NCBI GenBank assembly: GCA_963748215.1
Contig: CAVVHS010000009.1
Span: forward strand, 160,001-224,000
Direction: 5' to 3'
Source: an uncultured Gammaproteobacteria bacterium
Lineage (GTDB): Bacteria; Pseudomonadota; Gammaproteobacteria; UBA9214
Length of the DNA: 64,000 nucleotides
The stretch's first letter is position 1. Each line of letters starts with the position of its first letter. Of this stretch, positions 54,273 to 62,969 are shown piece after piece. The notes under the pieces are model-generated. The model worked only from the letters and a program-made list of their open reading frames with translations. It made no database searches and was not told the origin of the DNA. A program made the translations under genes and the position numbers.

Positions 54273-55082
54273 ATGATGGAATCACGTCTGTTGTGCGCAA
54301 TGTGTGTGTTTATCATCACACTAATAGTAAGCAATCCGGCTCTTTCTGCACCAGTATTTCCCAGCGAAATCCAAGCGTGTGTTTCCACTTCAATCTGTTC
54401 TATCCCTACACTTGTCCGGCAAGCATCCACATTCAGTGCATATTCATACTCAGATGGAGGGACAGACAAATTCTTGTTTGAATACAGCTTATGGTCTTCA
54501 TCTAACGAATCGACAAACTTCGTGACGACACAGCTAACCGGCGCAGCTTGGCTCAGCGCGAACGCGACATATGATCTGACACAGGAACGCCACTTATTTA
54601 CTCTTTACCTTGACGGTGTTACGCCGACTCCCACTAATCTCTGGGTCTTTGATTCAGATGGTTTGAACGTAGGGTTAAGCATGCCTACCTCCGATCTCCT
54701 AGCCGGTAGCAGTTTTTTTCGCATGGGTTCGGACATCGCAAGCGGAGGCTTTTTTGAAGGCGATTTGGGGACCCATGGCGATCAAGGATCAGCGTTTAAC
54801 GACCATAATTTTGTCCCATGCCTTGCACTTACTTGTGAAGTAGGAGCTACGTTAAATCTATTGAACATGCAATATCTACAGTCTGGATCGATAGCCGAGC
54901 TTAGTTTAAATCCAACAGATCAGAGAGGTATTCTTTATAGCCAATATAGGGATTATGAGCCTGATAACACATGGTATGTCTCTCAATCGTACGAAGTCGT
55001 TCCCATCCCAGCCGCCGTATGGCTCTTCGGCTCCGGCCTGCTGGGCTTAATTGGGATAGCAAGACGCAAGAAAGCAGCATAA
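54273..55082 (+). CDS. VPLPA-CTERM protein 4
   Basis: MMESRLLCAMC signal; C-terminal VPIPAAVWLFGSGLLGLIGIARRKKAA. Confidence 0.9.
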   Translation: MMESRLLCAMCVFIITLIVSNPALSAPVFPSEIQACVSTSICSIPTLVRQASTFSAYSYSDGGTDKFLFEYSLWSSSNESTNFVTTQLTGAAWLSANATYDLTQERHLFTLYLDGVTPTPTNLWVFDSDGLNVGLSMPTSDLLAGSSFFRMGSDIASGGFFEGDLGTHGDQGSAFNDHNFVPCLALTCEVGATLNLLNMQYLQSGSIAELSLNPTDQRGILYSQYRDYEPDNTWYVSQSYEVVPIPAAVWLFGSGLLGLIGIARRKKAA

Positions 55083-55094
55083 CCCTTCTATTAA

Positions 55095-55118
55095 GAGACG
55101 GCCCTTCGGGGCCGTTTT
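55095..55118 (+). terminator. Rho-independent terminator
   Basis: acggccc-TTCG-gggccgt followed by ttt. Confidence 0.8.
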
Positions 55119-55130
55119 CGTATGAGCATA

Positions 55131-55218
55131 AATGTCGCGCTTTGGCCGATCCCTGTCCTATATGTAACTCTTATATAACGTTTCGCTAATCGGCGGAAGC
55201 CGACCCACAACGGACGTT
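55131..55218 (+). repeat. Cassette-boundary repeat C (65-bp core 55143-55207)
   Basis: aatgtcgcgctt-tggccgatccctgtcc...cttatataacgttt...ggcggaagccgaccca-caacggacgtt. Confidence 0.85.
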
Positions 55219-55330
55219 CAGCAGTTACAAAGTTGCCGCACCCGTCCGAATTGCTCTTGACATTTGTTAGACTATGATCAGGTTACTATTCTTTCACTAA
55301 GAAGGCTATCCATAGTCAGCGGAGGTCAGG

Positions 55331-55882
55331 ATGGACAAATCAATGATAACCGGCATTGTGATTGGCGGAATCGTAGTCACGGCTGGCGCGGCAATTGGGG
55401 GCTTCAACATGCTCAGCAAGAAAGAGCCCGCATACGCGGATGTGATCAATGTTGCCGAGGTTAAAGAGACTGTACAGACTCCGCGGGAGGTCTGTGAAGA
55501 TGTAGCTGTTACCCGCCAACAACCGGTAAAGGATGAACACAAGATTCTTGGCACCGTAACAGGTGCGGTGATTGGTGGTGTGCTAGGCAACCAGTTAGGT
55601 GGTGGCAGCGGCAAGAAACTCGCCACAGTCGCTGGTGCGGCTGCCGGAGGCTATGCGGGCAACAAGGTGCAGGGGAACATGCAGGAAAAGAACACCTACA
55701 CAGAAATAGAGAATCGTTGCCACACGGTCACCGATACCCACGACAGGGTCATCGGCTACGACGTCAGCTATCGCCTCGGGGATGAAGAAGGCAGTGTCCG
55801 TATGGACAACAAACCGGGGGATCGTATTCCGGTGGTTGATGGGCAGCTAATTCTGGAATCGCCCGACGCGGTCACGCCGTAA
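55331..55882 (+). CDS. Glycine-zipper 2TM protein (YcfJ-like)
   Basis: MDKSMITGIVIG, PREVC, GAVIGGVLGNQLGGGSGKKLATVAG, GYDVSY. Confidence 0.88.
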   Translation: MDKSMITGIVIGGIVVTAGAAIGGFNMLSKKEPAYADVINVAEVKETVQTPREVCEDVAVTRQQPVKDEHKILGTVTGAVIGGVLGNQLGGGSGKKLATVAGAAAGGYAGNKVQGNMQEKNTYTEIENRCHTVTDTHDRVIGYDVSYRLGDEEGSVRMDNKPGDRIPVVDGQLILESPDAVTP

Positions 55883-56021
55883 TCACACATTAGTATTTTG
55901 TTCACACATCTGCAGACTGGACTGATTCTGCAATATCCAAAGCAATGGGATAAGGGTTTTATTAGCAGATTCTTCGCGCAAAGACGAAAAGAAAGCCTGG
56001 TAGCTATTTATATGTATCAAC

Positions 56022-56046
56022 AGCGGCTCCTTCGGGAGCCGTTTTT
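56022..56046 (+). terminator. Rho-independent terminator
   Basis: gcggctcc-TTCG-ggagccgt followed by tttt. Confidence 0.8.
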
Positions 56047-56056
56047 CATTGTGCTG

Positions 56057-56251
56057 TATGTCCGAGATTGGCCGATAGTGTTGAAAAACTCTGCTACTAG
56101 AAATCGACCGCGCACGAGAGTGAGATGCTTTGTCATTTTGCAAAATATTTCGGATTTCAGGAAACTCTCATGCACGATTTCTACTTGAACATTATGACGT
56201 CAGCAGATCATTAGAGTATTTCAACACAATAGGCCGAAAGCGGAAGTACAG
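56057..56251 (+). repeat. Short-form boundary repeat E interrupted by a MITE
   Basis: Removing the insert and one GGCC gives tatgtccgagattggccgaaagcggaagtacag, whose ends match the outer arms of A-D. Confidence 0.7.
56074..56231. mobile_element. MITE, 158 bp, IS1182-like terminal repeats, GGCC duplication
   Basis: Left gatagtgttgaaaaactc, right gagtatttcaacacaata; GGCC at 56070-73 and 56232-35; internal inverted repeat tagaaatcg..gagagt / actctc..cgatttcta. Confidence 0.72.
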
Positions 56252-56317
56252 AATTCAATAGTGCGGCGGCCATCGGGTCGGCGTTTTCTTCAGTATTCAC
56301 AACAAGCCTGTGCCGGC

Positions 56318-56725
56318 TCATTCCTTGATCGTGGCAACGTAGCGGTCGAGGCCATCTGCGATGGCTGTCCGGATCCGGCTGGAGGCAAGCTGCAGCCGGT
56401 CGCTGATCTCCTCAGGGTCACCCAGGTCGGTAAGATCCTCGGCCAGCCCCCGGTCAATTCCAGTCAGGGCACGTTCAACGACGTCCTGCAGATGCTGCAG
56501 ATCCTCGATATACAGATCGGCCGGGATTGTCTCGCGCGTGCGTGCGTCAACCTCGTCATTCGATTTGTGGGTCGACTTTGCTCGGTTTTCAATGTACCAC
56601 TGGATGCAGGGGCCCAGGTCATAAAGGTCGTGTGCGTATTTGGGCATGCCTTCCCTGGCCAGCTGGCAAATGCTGGCAGCGGGCAGATTCAGGCATTCAG
56701 CCAATACCGAATGTTCTACGATCAT
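56318..56725 (-). CDS. Phage terminase small subunit (Nu1)-like HTH protein
   Basis: LAECLNLPAASICQLAREGMP...YDLGPCIQWY resembles the lambda gpNu1 N-terminus; GAGGTG RBS. Confidence 0.55.
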   Translation of the reverse strand: MIVEHSVLAECLNLPAASICQLAREGMPKYAHDLYDLGPCIQWYIENRAKSTHKSNDEVDARTRETIPADLYIEDLQHLQDVVERALTGIDRGLAEDLTDLGDPEEISDRLQLASSRIRTAIADGLDRYVATIKE

Positions 56726-57163
56726 GTCGTCACCTCGCCAGCTAAACCGCGTCAGGTGTATGGGTATTATACCATATAAATAACAAGGTATATTGATTGC
56801 AGGGAGAGTAATTTTTATTTCAGTGCGGTCCGCATGACACGCTCGGGAAAAAAATAATCTGAATCTGAAAGGCTTCTTCCGGCCGTTTCACGAAGTACGG
56901 CAGTGCATTCACAGGGAATAACGAAGGGTAAGAAATGGGCTGTTCGACCTCGAATACCGGTCACTTCCTGGCAAGCCAGTAGCTGATGCAGAACAGTTAC
57001 TGGCTTCCTGCTTCACGGGAATGACAATCATTCAGCTCCTGTATGCTCCGCGCCCTCTCTGGCAATTGTTTTTCTTTGCATCCTGATATCCTGGCGCGAG
57101 ACAGTGTTGTATCTGAATTTTCTGCGTCTCAGCGCGGGTTCCTTTTCGTGATTTTCCTCCCGT

Positions 57164-57661
57164 CTATAAAAAATCCTCGATGAACCAGGCCGCGAAGGCG
57201 TGCCGGCCGGTGACGCCGGACTTGCGGTAGATGCCGGAGGCCTGCGCGCGCACGGTCTTTTCCTGCGTCTGGCGCAGGGCGGCGATCTCCTTGAAGCTCA
57301 GGCCCTTGAGCAACAACAGCCCGACCTCCTGCTCGCTGTCGGTAAGGTCCCAGTCGTGGAACTGGGCCTGGATGAGGCCGCCGAGTTGCCGGCGTGCCTC
57401 GGCCACCGCCGGTGGCGGGGCGGTGGCGGGATTGCGGTGCGCGGCAAGCTCGTGCCGTAGCTGTTCCAGCTCGCGGCGCTGCCGGCGCAGGTCGGCAAGC
57501 AACCAGAGCATGAGCGCACCCGAAACCACGATGACAGTTGCCTCCTCCAGCAGGTGCAGAACGGATGCACCCTGGCCAAAATCGGTGACGAAATCATACA
57601 GGTTGCCGAGGATGATGACGGACAGCACGGCGATGAGCAGTTTTTCTTTTATGTAGAACAT
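57164..57661 (-). CDS. Membrane-anchored LuxR-type HTH regulator
   Basis: Two TM helices, coiled coil, LTDSEQEVGLLLLKGLSFKEIA..RQTQEKTVRAQASGIYRK. Confidence 0.85.
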   Translation of the reverse strand: MFYIKEKLLIAVLSVIILGNLYDFVTDFGQGASVLHLLEEATVIVVSGALMLWLLADLRRQRRELEQLRHELAAHRNPATAPPPAVAEARRQLGGLIQAQFHDWDLTDSEQEVGLLLLKGLSFKEIAALRQTQEKTVRAQASGIYRKSGVTGRHAFAAWFIEDFL

Positions 57662-57702
57662 GTTGTGGGTACCGTGCGTGGCGGTTTCGTGGTGCATCAG
57701 GC

Positions 57703-57748
57703 ATGCGGCAAATGCCCCGTACGCCACAGGATGCGGCGTTTGCCGGAT
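57703..57748. promoter_or_regulatory. Two imperfect 7-4-7 palindromes (candidate operators)
   Basis: atgcggc-aaat-gccccgt (57703-57720) and atgcggc-gttt-gccggat (57731-57748) between divergent genes. Confidence 0.55.
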
Positions 57749-57810
57749 GTGTTCGGAACGACTGCGTATCATACTGCCCGGCAGCGTGTTCAATTATACG
57801 GAGTTGGGTG

Positions 57811-58437
57811 ATGACTGATAATCTGGTTCGGGTCTGGGATCCGCTGGTGCGCCTGTTCCACTGGTCGCTGGTGGCCGCGTTCATCATTGCCTACCTAACC
57901 GGCGAGGAGGAGAGCCAGGTCCATATCTACGCCGGTTACTATATCCTCGGCCTGCTGGTATTCCGGGTCATCTGGGGGTTCATGGGTACCCGCTATGCCC
58001 GGTTCAGCGATTTCATCTACTCGCCGCGCCGTACCGTGCAGTACCTCAAGGGCCTGTTAGCCGGGAAGCCGGAACATTTCACCGGCCACAACCCGGCGGG
58101 CGGCTGGATGATTGTCATGCTGCTGGTGTCCCTGGCGCTGACCACCTACACCGGGCTGAAGTATTACGGCCTGGAAGGACATGGTCCGCTGGCCGCGGGC
58201 AACGTCGAGGCCACCCTGGTCGCGCCCGCCTATGCCGACGATGACGAACACAAGGGCCATGGCGAGGACGGCGAGCACTCGCCGGAGCAAGAGTTCTGGG
58301 AGGAGCTGCACGAAGTCTTCGCCAATCTCACCGTGCTGCTGATCGTGATTCATATCGCGGGTGTCGTCGTCGCCAGCCGGGTGCATGGCGAAAACCTGGT
58401 CCGGGCCATGATCACCGGCAGGAAGAACGTGCCCTGA
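57811..58437 (+). CDS. Cytochrome b/b6-domain membrane protein
   Basis: VWDPLVRLFHW, GHNPAGGWM, ELHE..AN, HIAGV, ENLVRAMITG. Confidence 0.9.
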   Translation: MTDNLVRVWDPLVRLFHWSLVAAFIIAYLTGEEESQVHIYAGYYILGLLVFRVIWGFMGTRYARFSDFIYSPRRTVQYLKGLLAGKPEHFTGHNPAGGWMIVMLLVSLALTTYTGLKYYGLEGHGPLAAGNVEATLVAPAYADDDEHKGHGEDGEHSPEQEFWEELHEVFANLTVLLIVIHIAGVVVASRVHGENLVRAMITGRKNVP

Positions 58438-58473
58438 GGGGTGCGCCGGCGCGTGGCGTGATCTGCCGGGCGA

Positions 58474-60177
58474 TCAGTGCAATGCTGTCATCTGCAGCGG
58501 GCCGCGGATGATTTCCCGCTCGCGGAAGCGGAACGGTTCGCCCAGGCCGCGGATGATCGGCGGGTCACGCTCGTAGATATCACGGCTGAACAGGACCGTG
58601 CCGTCGTCGTCAACCGATGCCGTCCAGTACATCAGCAGGATGGTCACCGGTTGCTCCAGGCTGACGCTGCGTGTCTGCAGCGTATCGATGGCCCGCTCAA
58701 GGCGCCCGCGATCCCAGCCCGCGTTGCCCGCGAGCAGCAGCTCGGCCAGGTCGTAGGGGTGCTCGATGCGGATACAGCCGGAACTCAGGGCGCGTTCCGG
58801 TTTCGCGAACAGCGACTTGCTGGGTGTGTCGTGCAGGTAGACCGAATGCCGGTTGGGGAACATGAACTTGATGCGGCCAAGCGCGTTTTTCGGGCCGGGT
58901 TTCTGCCGGATCAGCCACGGGAAACTGTGGCCGTTATAGCGGCTCCAGTTGATGTTGCGTGCATCGACCGGGTTGCCCTGGTAGTCGATGACCTGCATGC
59001 CCTTCTCGGCCAGCTGGTTCGGGTTCCTGCGCAGTTCCGGCAGCAGGTCCTTGTCCAGCACGGTCGGCGGCACCGTCCAGGTCGGGTTGAGATCGAGGTA
59101 GGTCAGCGTCGACCGGAATACCGGTGACATGCGGACGGGTTGACCGACCACGGCGCGCGTTTCCCATACGACCTCGTCGTCGCGGAACAGGCGGACATTG
59201 AAACCGGCGATATCCGCCATGACGTAGGTGTCCGGCAGGTCATGCAGCATCCAGCGCGCGCGCTCGAGGTTGGCGCGGAGCTGCGCGATACGCGATTCGA
59301 CCGGCACGTTCAGCTCCGTCAGTGTCTTCTGTCCCACCACGCCATCGGCCTCGAGTCCGTGGCGACGCTGGAAGTGTTTCACGCCCGCCTCGACGGCATC
59401 GTCGAAGGCCGGCAGGAACATGTCCTGGGTGGCCAGATCGTGCGTGGCGATCAACCGAGCGCGCAGGAGCGGCACGCGTTCGTCCGACATGCCGGCCTTC
59501 AGTGTCCCTCCGTCCGGCACCGGTTGCCAGCCGCCCAGTTGCTGGTAGAGACGATAGCTTGCCAGCGCCTGTTTCAGGCGCTGGTAGATGCGGGATTGCG
59601 GCATCAGCGATTGCAGCAATGCATCGACCCGGCCGAGTTCGATGGCGTCGTCCTTTTGCAGCAGCGCTTCGAGGTCTTCGATGTAGCGCGTCATGTTCCA
59701 GTCGGAATCGAGTTCCTCCGGATCGACCTTGCCGAAGAACAGGTGGTAACCGAGCCGGATCAGGCTGTCGGTCAGCAGCAGGTCGAGGTTGGCGGTGCGT
59801 TCCGGGTTCGCATCGCCGGTTTCGTTGTTGCGCTCCAGCAGCAGCTTGAGGGTATCGAGGTTGTAATCCGCGGGGTCGAGGCCATCCCGGTCGGCCTGTT
59901 CGATGGCGCTGACCAGCTGGTGGACGGAAGCCGGGTTGGACCATACCGGTGCGTAATCGCGTTTCGCATACAGCGCCGGCAGCACGATGGCGGAAGCGAT
60001 GCTGGAGGTGTTGATGACGACGTTCTGGCCGGCGCGGATATCAGTAACGCGCGCGTGCAGGGTCTCGCTGATTTTCGTGCCGGGTGCTGCCAGTGCGGGC
60101 GTCAGCAACAGGGCTGCCAGCAGCGACAGCAGACGGCCGCAGTGGCCGGTTACAGACTGGATCGTGCAGGTTGTCAT
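58474..60177 (-). CDS. L,D-transpeptidase (YcbB/LdtD family) with peptidoglycan-binding domain
   Basis: FQRRHGLEADGVVG, NPTWTVP, NALGRIKFMFPN, YLHDTP, SSGCIR. Confidence 0.93.
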   Translation of the reverse strand: MTTCTIQSVTGHCGRLLSLLAALLLTPALAAPGTKISETLHARVTDIRAGQNVVINTSSIASAIVLPALYAKRDYAPVWSNPASVHQLVSAIEQADRDGLDPADYNLDTLKLLLERNNETGDANPERTANLDLLLTDSLIRLGYHLFFGKVDPEELDSDWNMTRYIEDLEALLQKDDAIELGRVDALLQSLMPQSRIYQRLKQALASYRLYQQLGGWQPVPDGGTLKAGMSDERVPLLRARLIATHDLATQDMFLPAFDDAVEAGVKHFQRRHGLEADGVVGQKTLTELNVPVESRIAQLRANLERARWMLHDLPDTYVMADIAGFNVRLFRDDEVVWETRAVVGQPVRMSPVFRSTLTYLDLNPTWTVPPTVLDKDLLPELRRNPNQLAEKGMQVIDYQGNPVDARNINWSRYNGHSFPWLIRQKPGPKNALGRIKFMFPNRHSVYLHDTPSKSLFAKPERALSSGCIRIEHPYDLAELLLAGNAGWDRGRLERAIDTLQTRSVSLEQPVTILLMYWTASVDDDGTVLFSRDIYERDPPIIRGLGEPFRFREREIIRGPLQMTALH

Positions 60178-60357
60178 ACCGGGTTACCACTCTGTCCGCC
60201 CGGGTCCTTGTTATTGAATCAAAGTATAGGACAGGGAGGAACAGCCTTGCCTTGTTATTAAGGTTGTGTGTTTTGTTTTACCCGTTCCCTGTCGGGATGT
60301 ACAGGGTCGATTGCAAAAAATGCGTCCCGGTCTTGCGGTAACCTGTTGAAATATATT

Positions 60358-60636
60358 CTAAAGCTTCTTCCCTGCGAGCGTCGGCACCTTGTCGGTGCGG
60401 GTTTCCAGCTTGAGATGGCTGATCAGGCGGACACTCCCCTCGGCATGCAGGGTTTCATGGATTTTTCGCACGGCGGCCAGGATATCGCCAAGTTCGCCCT
60501 CGATATCGGTGCCCGCGGCATGGGTTTCCAGGATGACGTCATACTGCTGGAGCAGGTCAATGATGCGCGTCACCTCGGCGCGGACCGAGACCCCGGTGCC
60601 CAGCGGGATGACCTGTAGTTCGGCGGTAGCTTTCAT
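60358..60636 (-). CDS. MTH1187/YkoF-like thiamine-binding family protein
   Basis: VIPLGTGVSV, HAAGTDIEG, RTDK motifs. Confidence 0.85.
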   Translation of the reverse strand: MKATAELQVIPLGTGVSVRAEVTRIIDLLQQYDVILETHAAGTDIEGELGDILAAVRKIHETLHAEGSVRLISHLKLETRTDKVPTLAGKKL

Positions 60637-60701
60637 GATGCTGAACTCACGTGGTTGGAAAGGGTCGACACAGTGTAGCGGCAAACAGCAGGGTGTACGA
60701 C

Positions 60702-61439
60702 GTGTCCGTTGTCCTCAACCGGTTGCAGGCAGCCTTGCTGCTCGTGGCGTGCCTGCCGGCGTTTGGCGAAGTGCTGGTGCTCGATAGCGGCATGCGGCAG
60801 GTCAGCCTGCTGGAACTCTATACCTCGCAGGGTTGCAGCAGCTGTCCGCCGGCCGAACGCTGGCTGAACGACTGGGTCGACGATGCACGCCTGTGGAACG
60901 AGGTCGTGCCGATCGCGTTGCATGTCGACTACTGGGATTACCTCGGCTGGCAGGATCCCTATGCAAACTCTGCCAACGGCGAGCGCCAGCGTGAACATGT
61001 CCGCGCCGGCCGCGCGCGCACCGTGTACACGCCCGGGTTCTTTCTCAACGGGCGCGAATGGCGCGGCTGGACGCTGCGCCTGCCGCCACGTGCTTCAGGC
61101 CGCGAGCCGGGCAGGCTCGGTGTCACGATCGACGGCAATACTGTCACGGCCACGTTCCCGCATAATGGAAGGAATCTGGAACTGCATGTCGCCCTGCTTG
61201 GATTCGGCATCGACACCCGCGTCTCGCGCGGCGAGAATCGCAATCACACACTACGACAGGAGTTCGTGGTGCTCACGCACGATGTGCATGCCTCGCGTGA
61301 CGGCCGGTGGCGTGTCGTGCTGCCCGCCACCGATGCCGCTGTGGCAAAACGCCTGGGCATCGCGCTATGGGTCAGTGCGGCGGGTGATGTCCGTCCGCTG
61401 CAGGCGACGGGTGGCTGGTTGCCGGATATGGCGCGGTGA
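60702..61439 (+). CDS. DUF1223 thioredoxin-like secreted protein
   Basis: LELYTSQGCSSCPPAE, HVDYWDYLGWQDP, VYTP, GENR; start uncertain (60651 possible). Confidence 0.87.
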   Translation: MSVVLNRLQAALLLVACLPAFGEVLVLDSGMRQVSLLELYTSQGCSSCPPAERWLNDWVDDARLWNEVVPIALHVDYWDYLGWQDPYANSANGERQREHVRAGRARTVYTPGFFLNGREWRGWTLRLPPRASGREPGRLGVTIDGNTVTATFPHNGRNLELHVALLGFGIDTRVSRGENRNHTLRQEFVVLTHDVHASRDGRWRVVLPATDAAVAKRLGIALWVSAAGDVRPLQATGGWLPDMAR

Positions 61440-61641
61440 ACAGGGGCCGGCTGCTCACATCTGTGGCGATCCGGATATCCCGACAAGCAGCCCTGCGGCT
61501 GCCAGGAGAGCTTTGTTTTGTCGACGTGTTCCCAGTTCGCCGGTGTTACCCTTCATTTTTCATTTTTCTCGTATACGCTGGGTGTATGACTGTCAGCTAG
61601 CGACAGGATTCTCCTTTGGGTGTTCACTGGAGGATGACGAC

Positions 61642-62508
61642 ATGAAAAATGAAACACTCTCTCGGCCTGTTTGCCCGGCCGGCAGCGGATCGCCGGACAA
61701 CATGTGGCGGGGCGCTATCAGGTGTTGGTTTCGGCTGGTCCTGTTGCTGGCAGCCGGGTGTGCTCTGACAGGGAACAGCTACGCCACCATCCTGGTATTC
61801 GACCAGTCGCGGGATGCAACCGGTTCGACCGTGGTAGCGACTGCAGCTGGTTCCGATGTGCAGCAGGATTATGGCGATCGCGTAACCGGTTCGCCGATGG
61901 CTGTGGCAGGTGGCCAGTTTACCTATGGCAACGGCGGCGAGGGGTTCACGCCCAACGTTGTGGTCGATTATTTCTCGGGCGCGGACGTGGGTCTCTGGAC
62001 CGTACAGTACGGCGATCTGACCAATGTCCTGTTTGCGAGGGCTCCCCTGTCGGGTACGATTGCGGGCTCGCTGAATGTGCGCCTGACGGCAGATCCGGGT
62101 TACCAGGTGCAGTTGTATCACTTCGATCTTGCCGGCTGGCCCAATGCCGACTACACCATCGATGCGGTCAATATTTTCGGTAATGGTGCAACACTCTTTT
62201 CGCTAGCCAATGTGCTGGTCGAGGGTGATGCGAATGGACCGCGGCACACCTCCTTCGACTTCTCCAGTCCGCTGACCGCCGCGCAGCTGCTGATCCAGAT
62301 CGACATCGGCAACATCGCGGCCAGTAGCCAGGACAATATCGGTATGGACAACATCCGCTTCGGACAGACACCGCCGGCCGCAATCCCGGTGCCGGCAGCC
62401 AGTGTTCTGTTCGGTTCCGGCCTGGTGCTGCTGGCAGCGCGGTTCCGGCGCAGGCCGGCAAGGCGAGGTGCCAGGGCTGATGGCTGCCATCGTGGTACTT
62501 GTGAATGA
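61642..62508 (+). CDS. VPLPA/PEP-CTERM-type protein 5
   Basis: GGAGG RBS, signal ending SYA, C-terminal IPVPAASVLFGSGLVLLAARFRRR. Confidence 0.8.
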   Translation: MKNETLSRPVCPAGSGSPDNMWRGAIRCWFRLVLLLAAGCALTGNSYATILVFDQSRDATGSTVVATAAGSDVQQDYGDRVTGSPMAVAGGQFTYGNGGEGFTPNVVVDYFSGADVGLWTVQYGDLTNVLFARAPLSGTIAGSLNVRLTADPGYQVQLYHFDLAGWPNADYTIDAVNIFGNGATLFSLANVLVEGDANGPRHTSFDFSSPLTAAQLLIQIDIGNIAASSQDNIGMDNIRFGQTPPAAIPVPAASVLFGSGLVLLAARFRRRPARRGARADGCHRGTCE

Positions 62509-62890
62509 CCATTCGCTGTACCGCATGTTGCCAGGCCATGCGGCAGGTACAGCCGCGGTACTCCTGAAGAGCTTTCCCATACCCTCGTTGATTCTGCTTG
62601 CCAGCCTTGCCGGTGCCGCATGGTCGCTGACCTGTGTGGCACAGGATTCCCCGCTGCTCCCCGTCACCGATGAACTGAGTTCCTGCCAGGTTTCCTCCGA
62701 TTGTGTCTCTGTCTACACCCGCTGTGACAGCTGCGGCTGCCCGGAGGCGATCAGTACGACATTCCGCGATCGGCACGAGCAGGCCCTGCAGACGCTGTGC
62801 GCCGCCTATACCGGCCCACACTGTGACAGGCTGTGCCCGCTTGAACTGCCGGAGTGCGTTGAGGGTCAATGCATGGTGGTGCCGCGATAG
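62501..62890 (+). CDS. Small Cys-rich secreted protein
   Basis: Hydrophobic signal then CQVSSDC..CDSCGC..C..C..C..C..C (10 Cys); start uncertain. Confidence 0.55.
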   Translation: MNDHSLYRMLPGHAAGTAAVLLKSFPIPSLILLASLAGAAWSLTCVAQDSPLLPVTDELSSCQVSSDCVSVYTRCDSCGCPEAISTTFRDRHEQALQTLCAAYTGPHCDRLCPLELPECVEGQCMVVPR

Positions 62891-62969
62891 CGGGACCGGT
62901 ACGGACTACCTGATCACGCAGGCGCGGTGACCTATCTGCATATTTCGAATCAATTAGATGGATGGTTAT

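Noticed and set aside
48624-56251. CRISPR array or canonical integron
   Set aside because: Repeats are 1-2.6 kb apart with genes between them; no cas or intI gene; ends do not match the attC consensus
56820-57040. Riboswitch or decayed small gene on the minus strand
   Set aside because: An RBS-ATG near 57030 and a hairpin at ~56973-57006 are present, but there is no recognisable aptamer or coherent ORF
60883-61641. N-terminal 253 aa of the 541-aa ORF
   Set aside because: Overlaps the DUF1223 gene in another frame; the real gene starts at ATG 61642 after GGAGG
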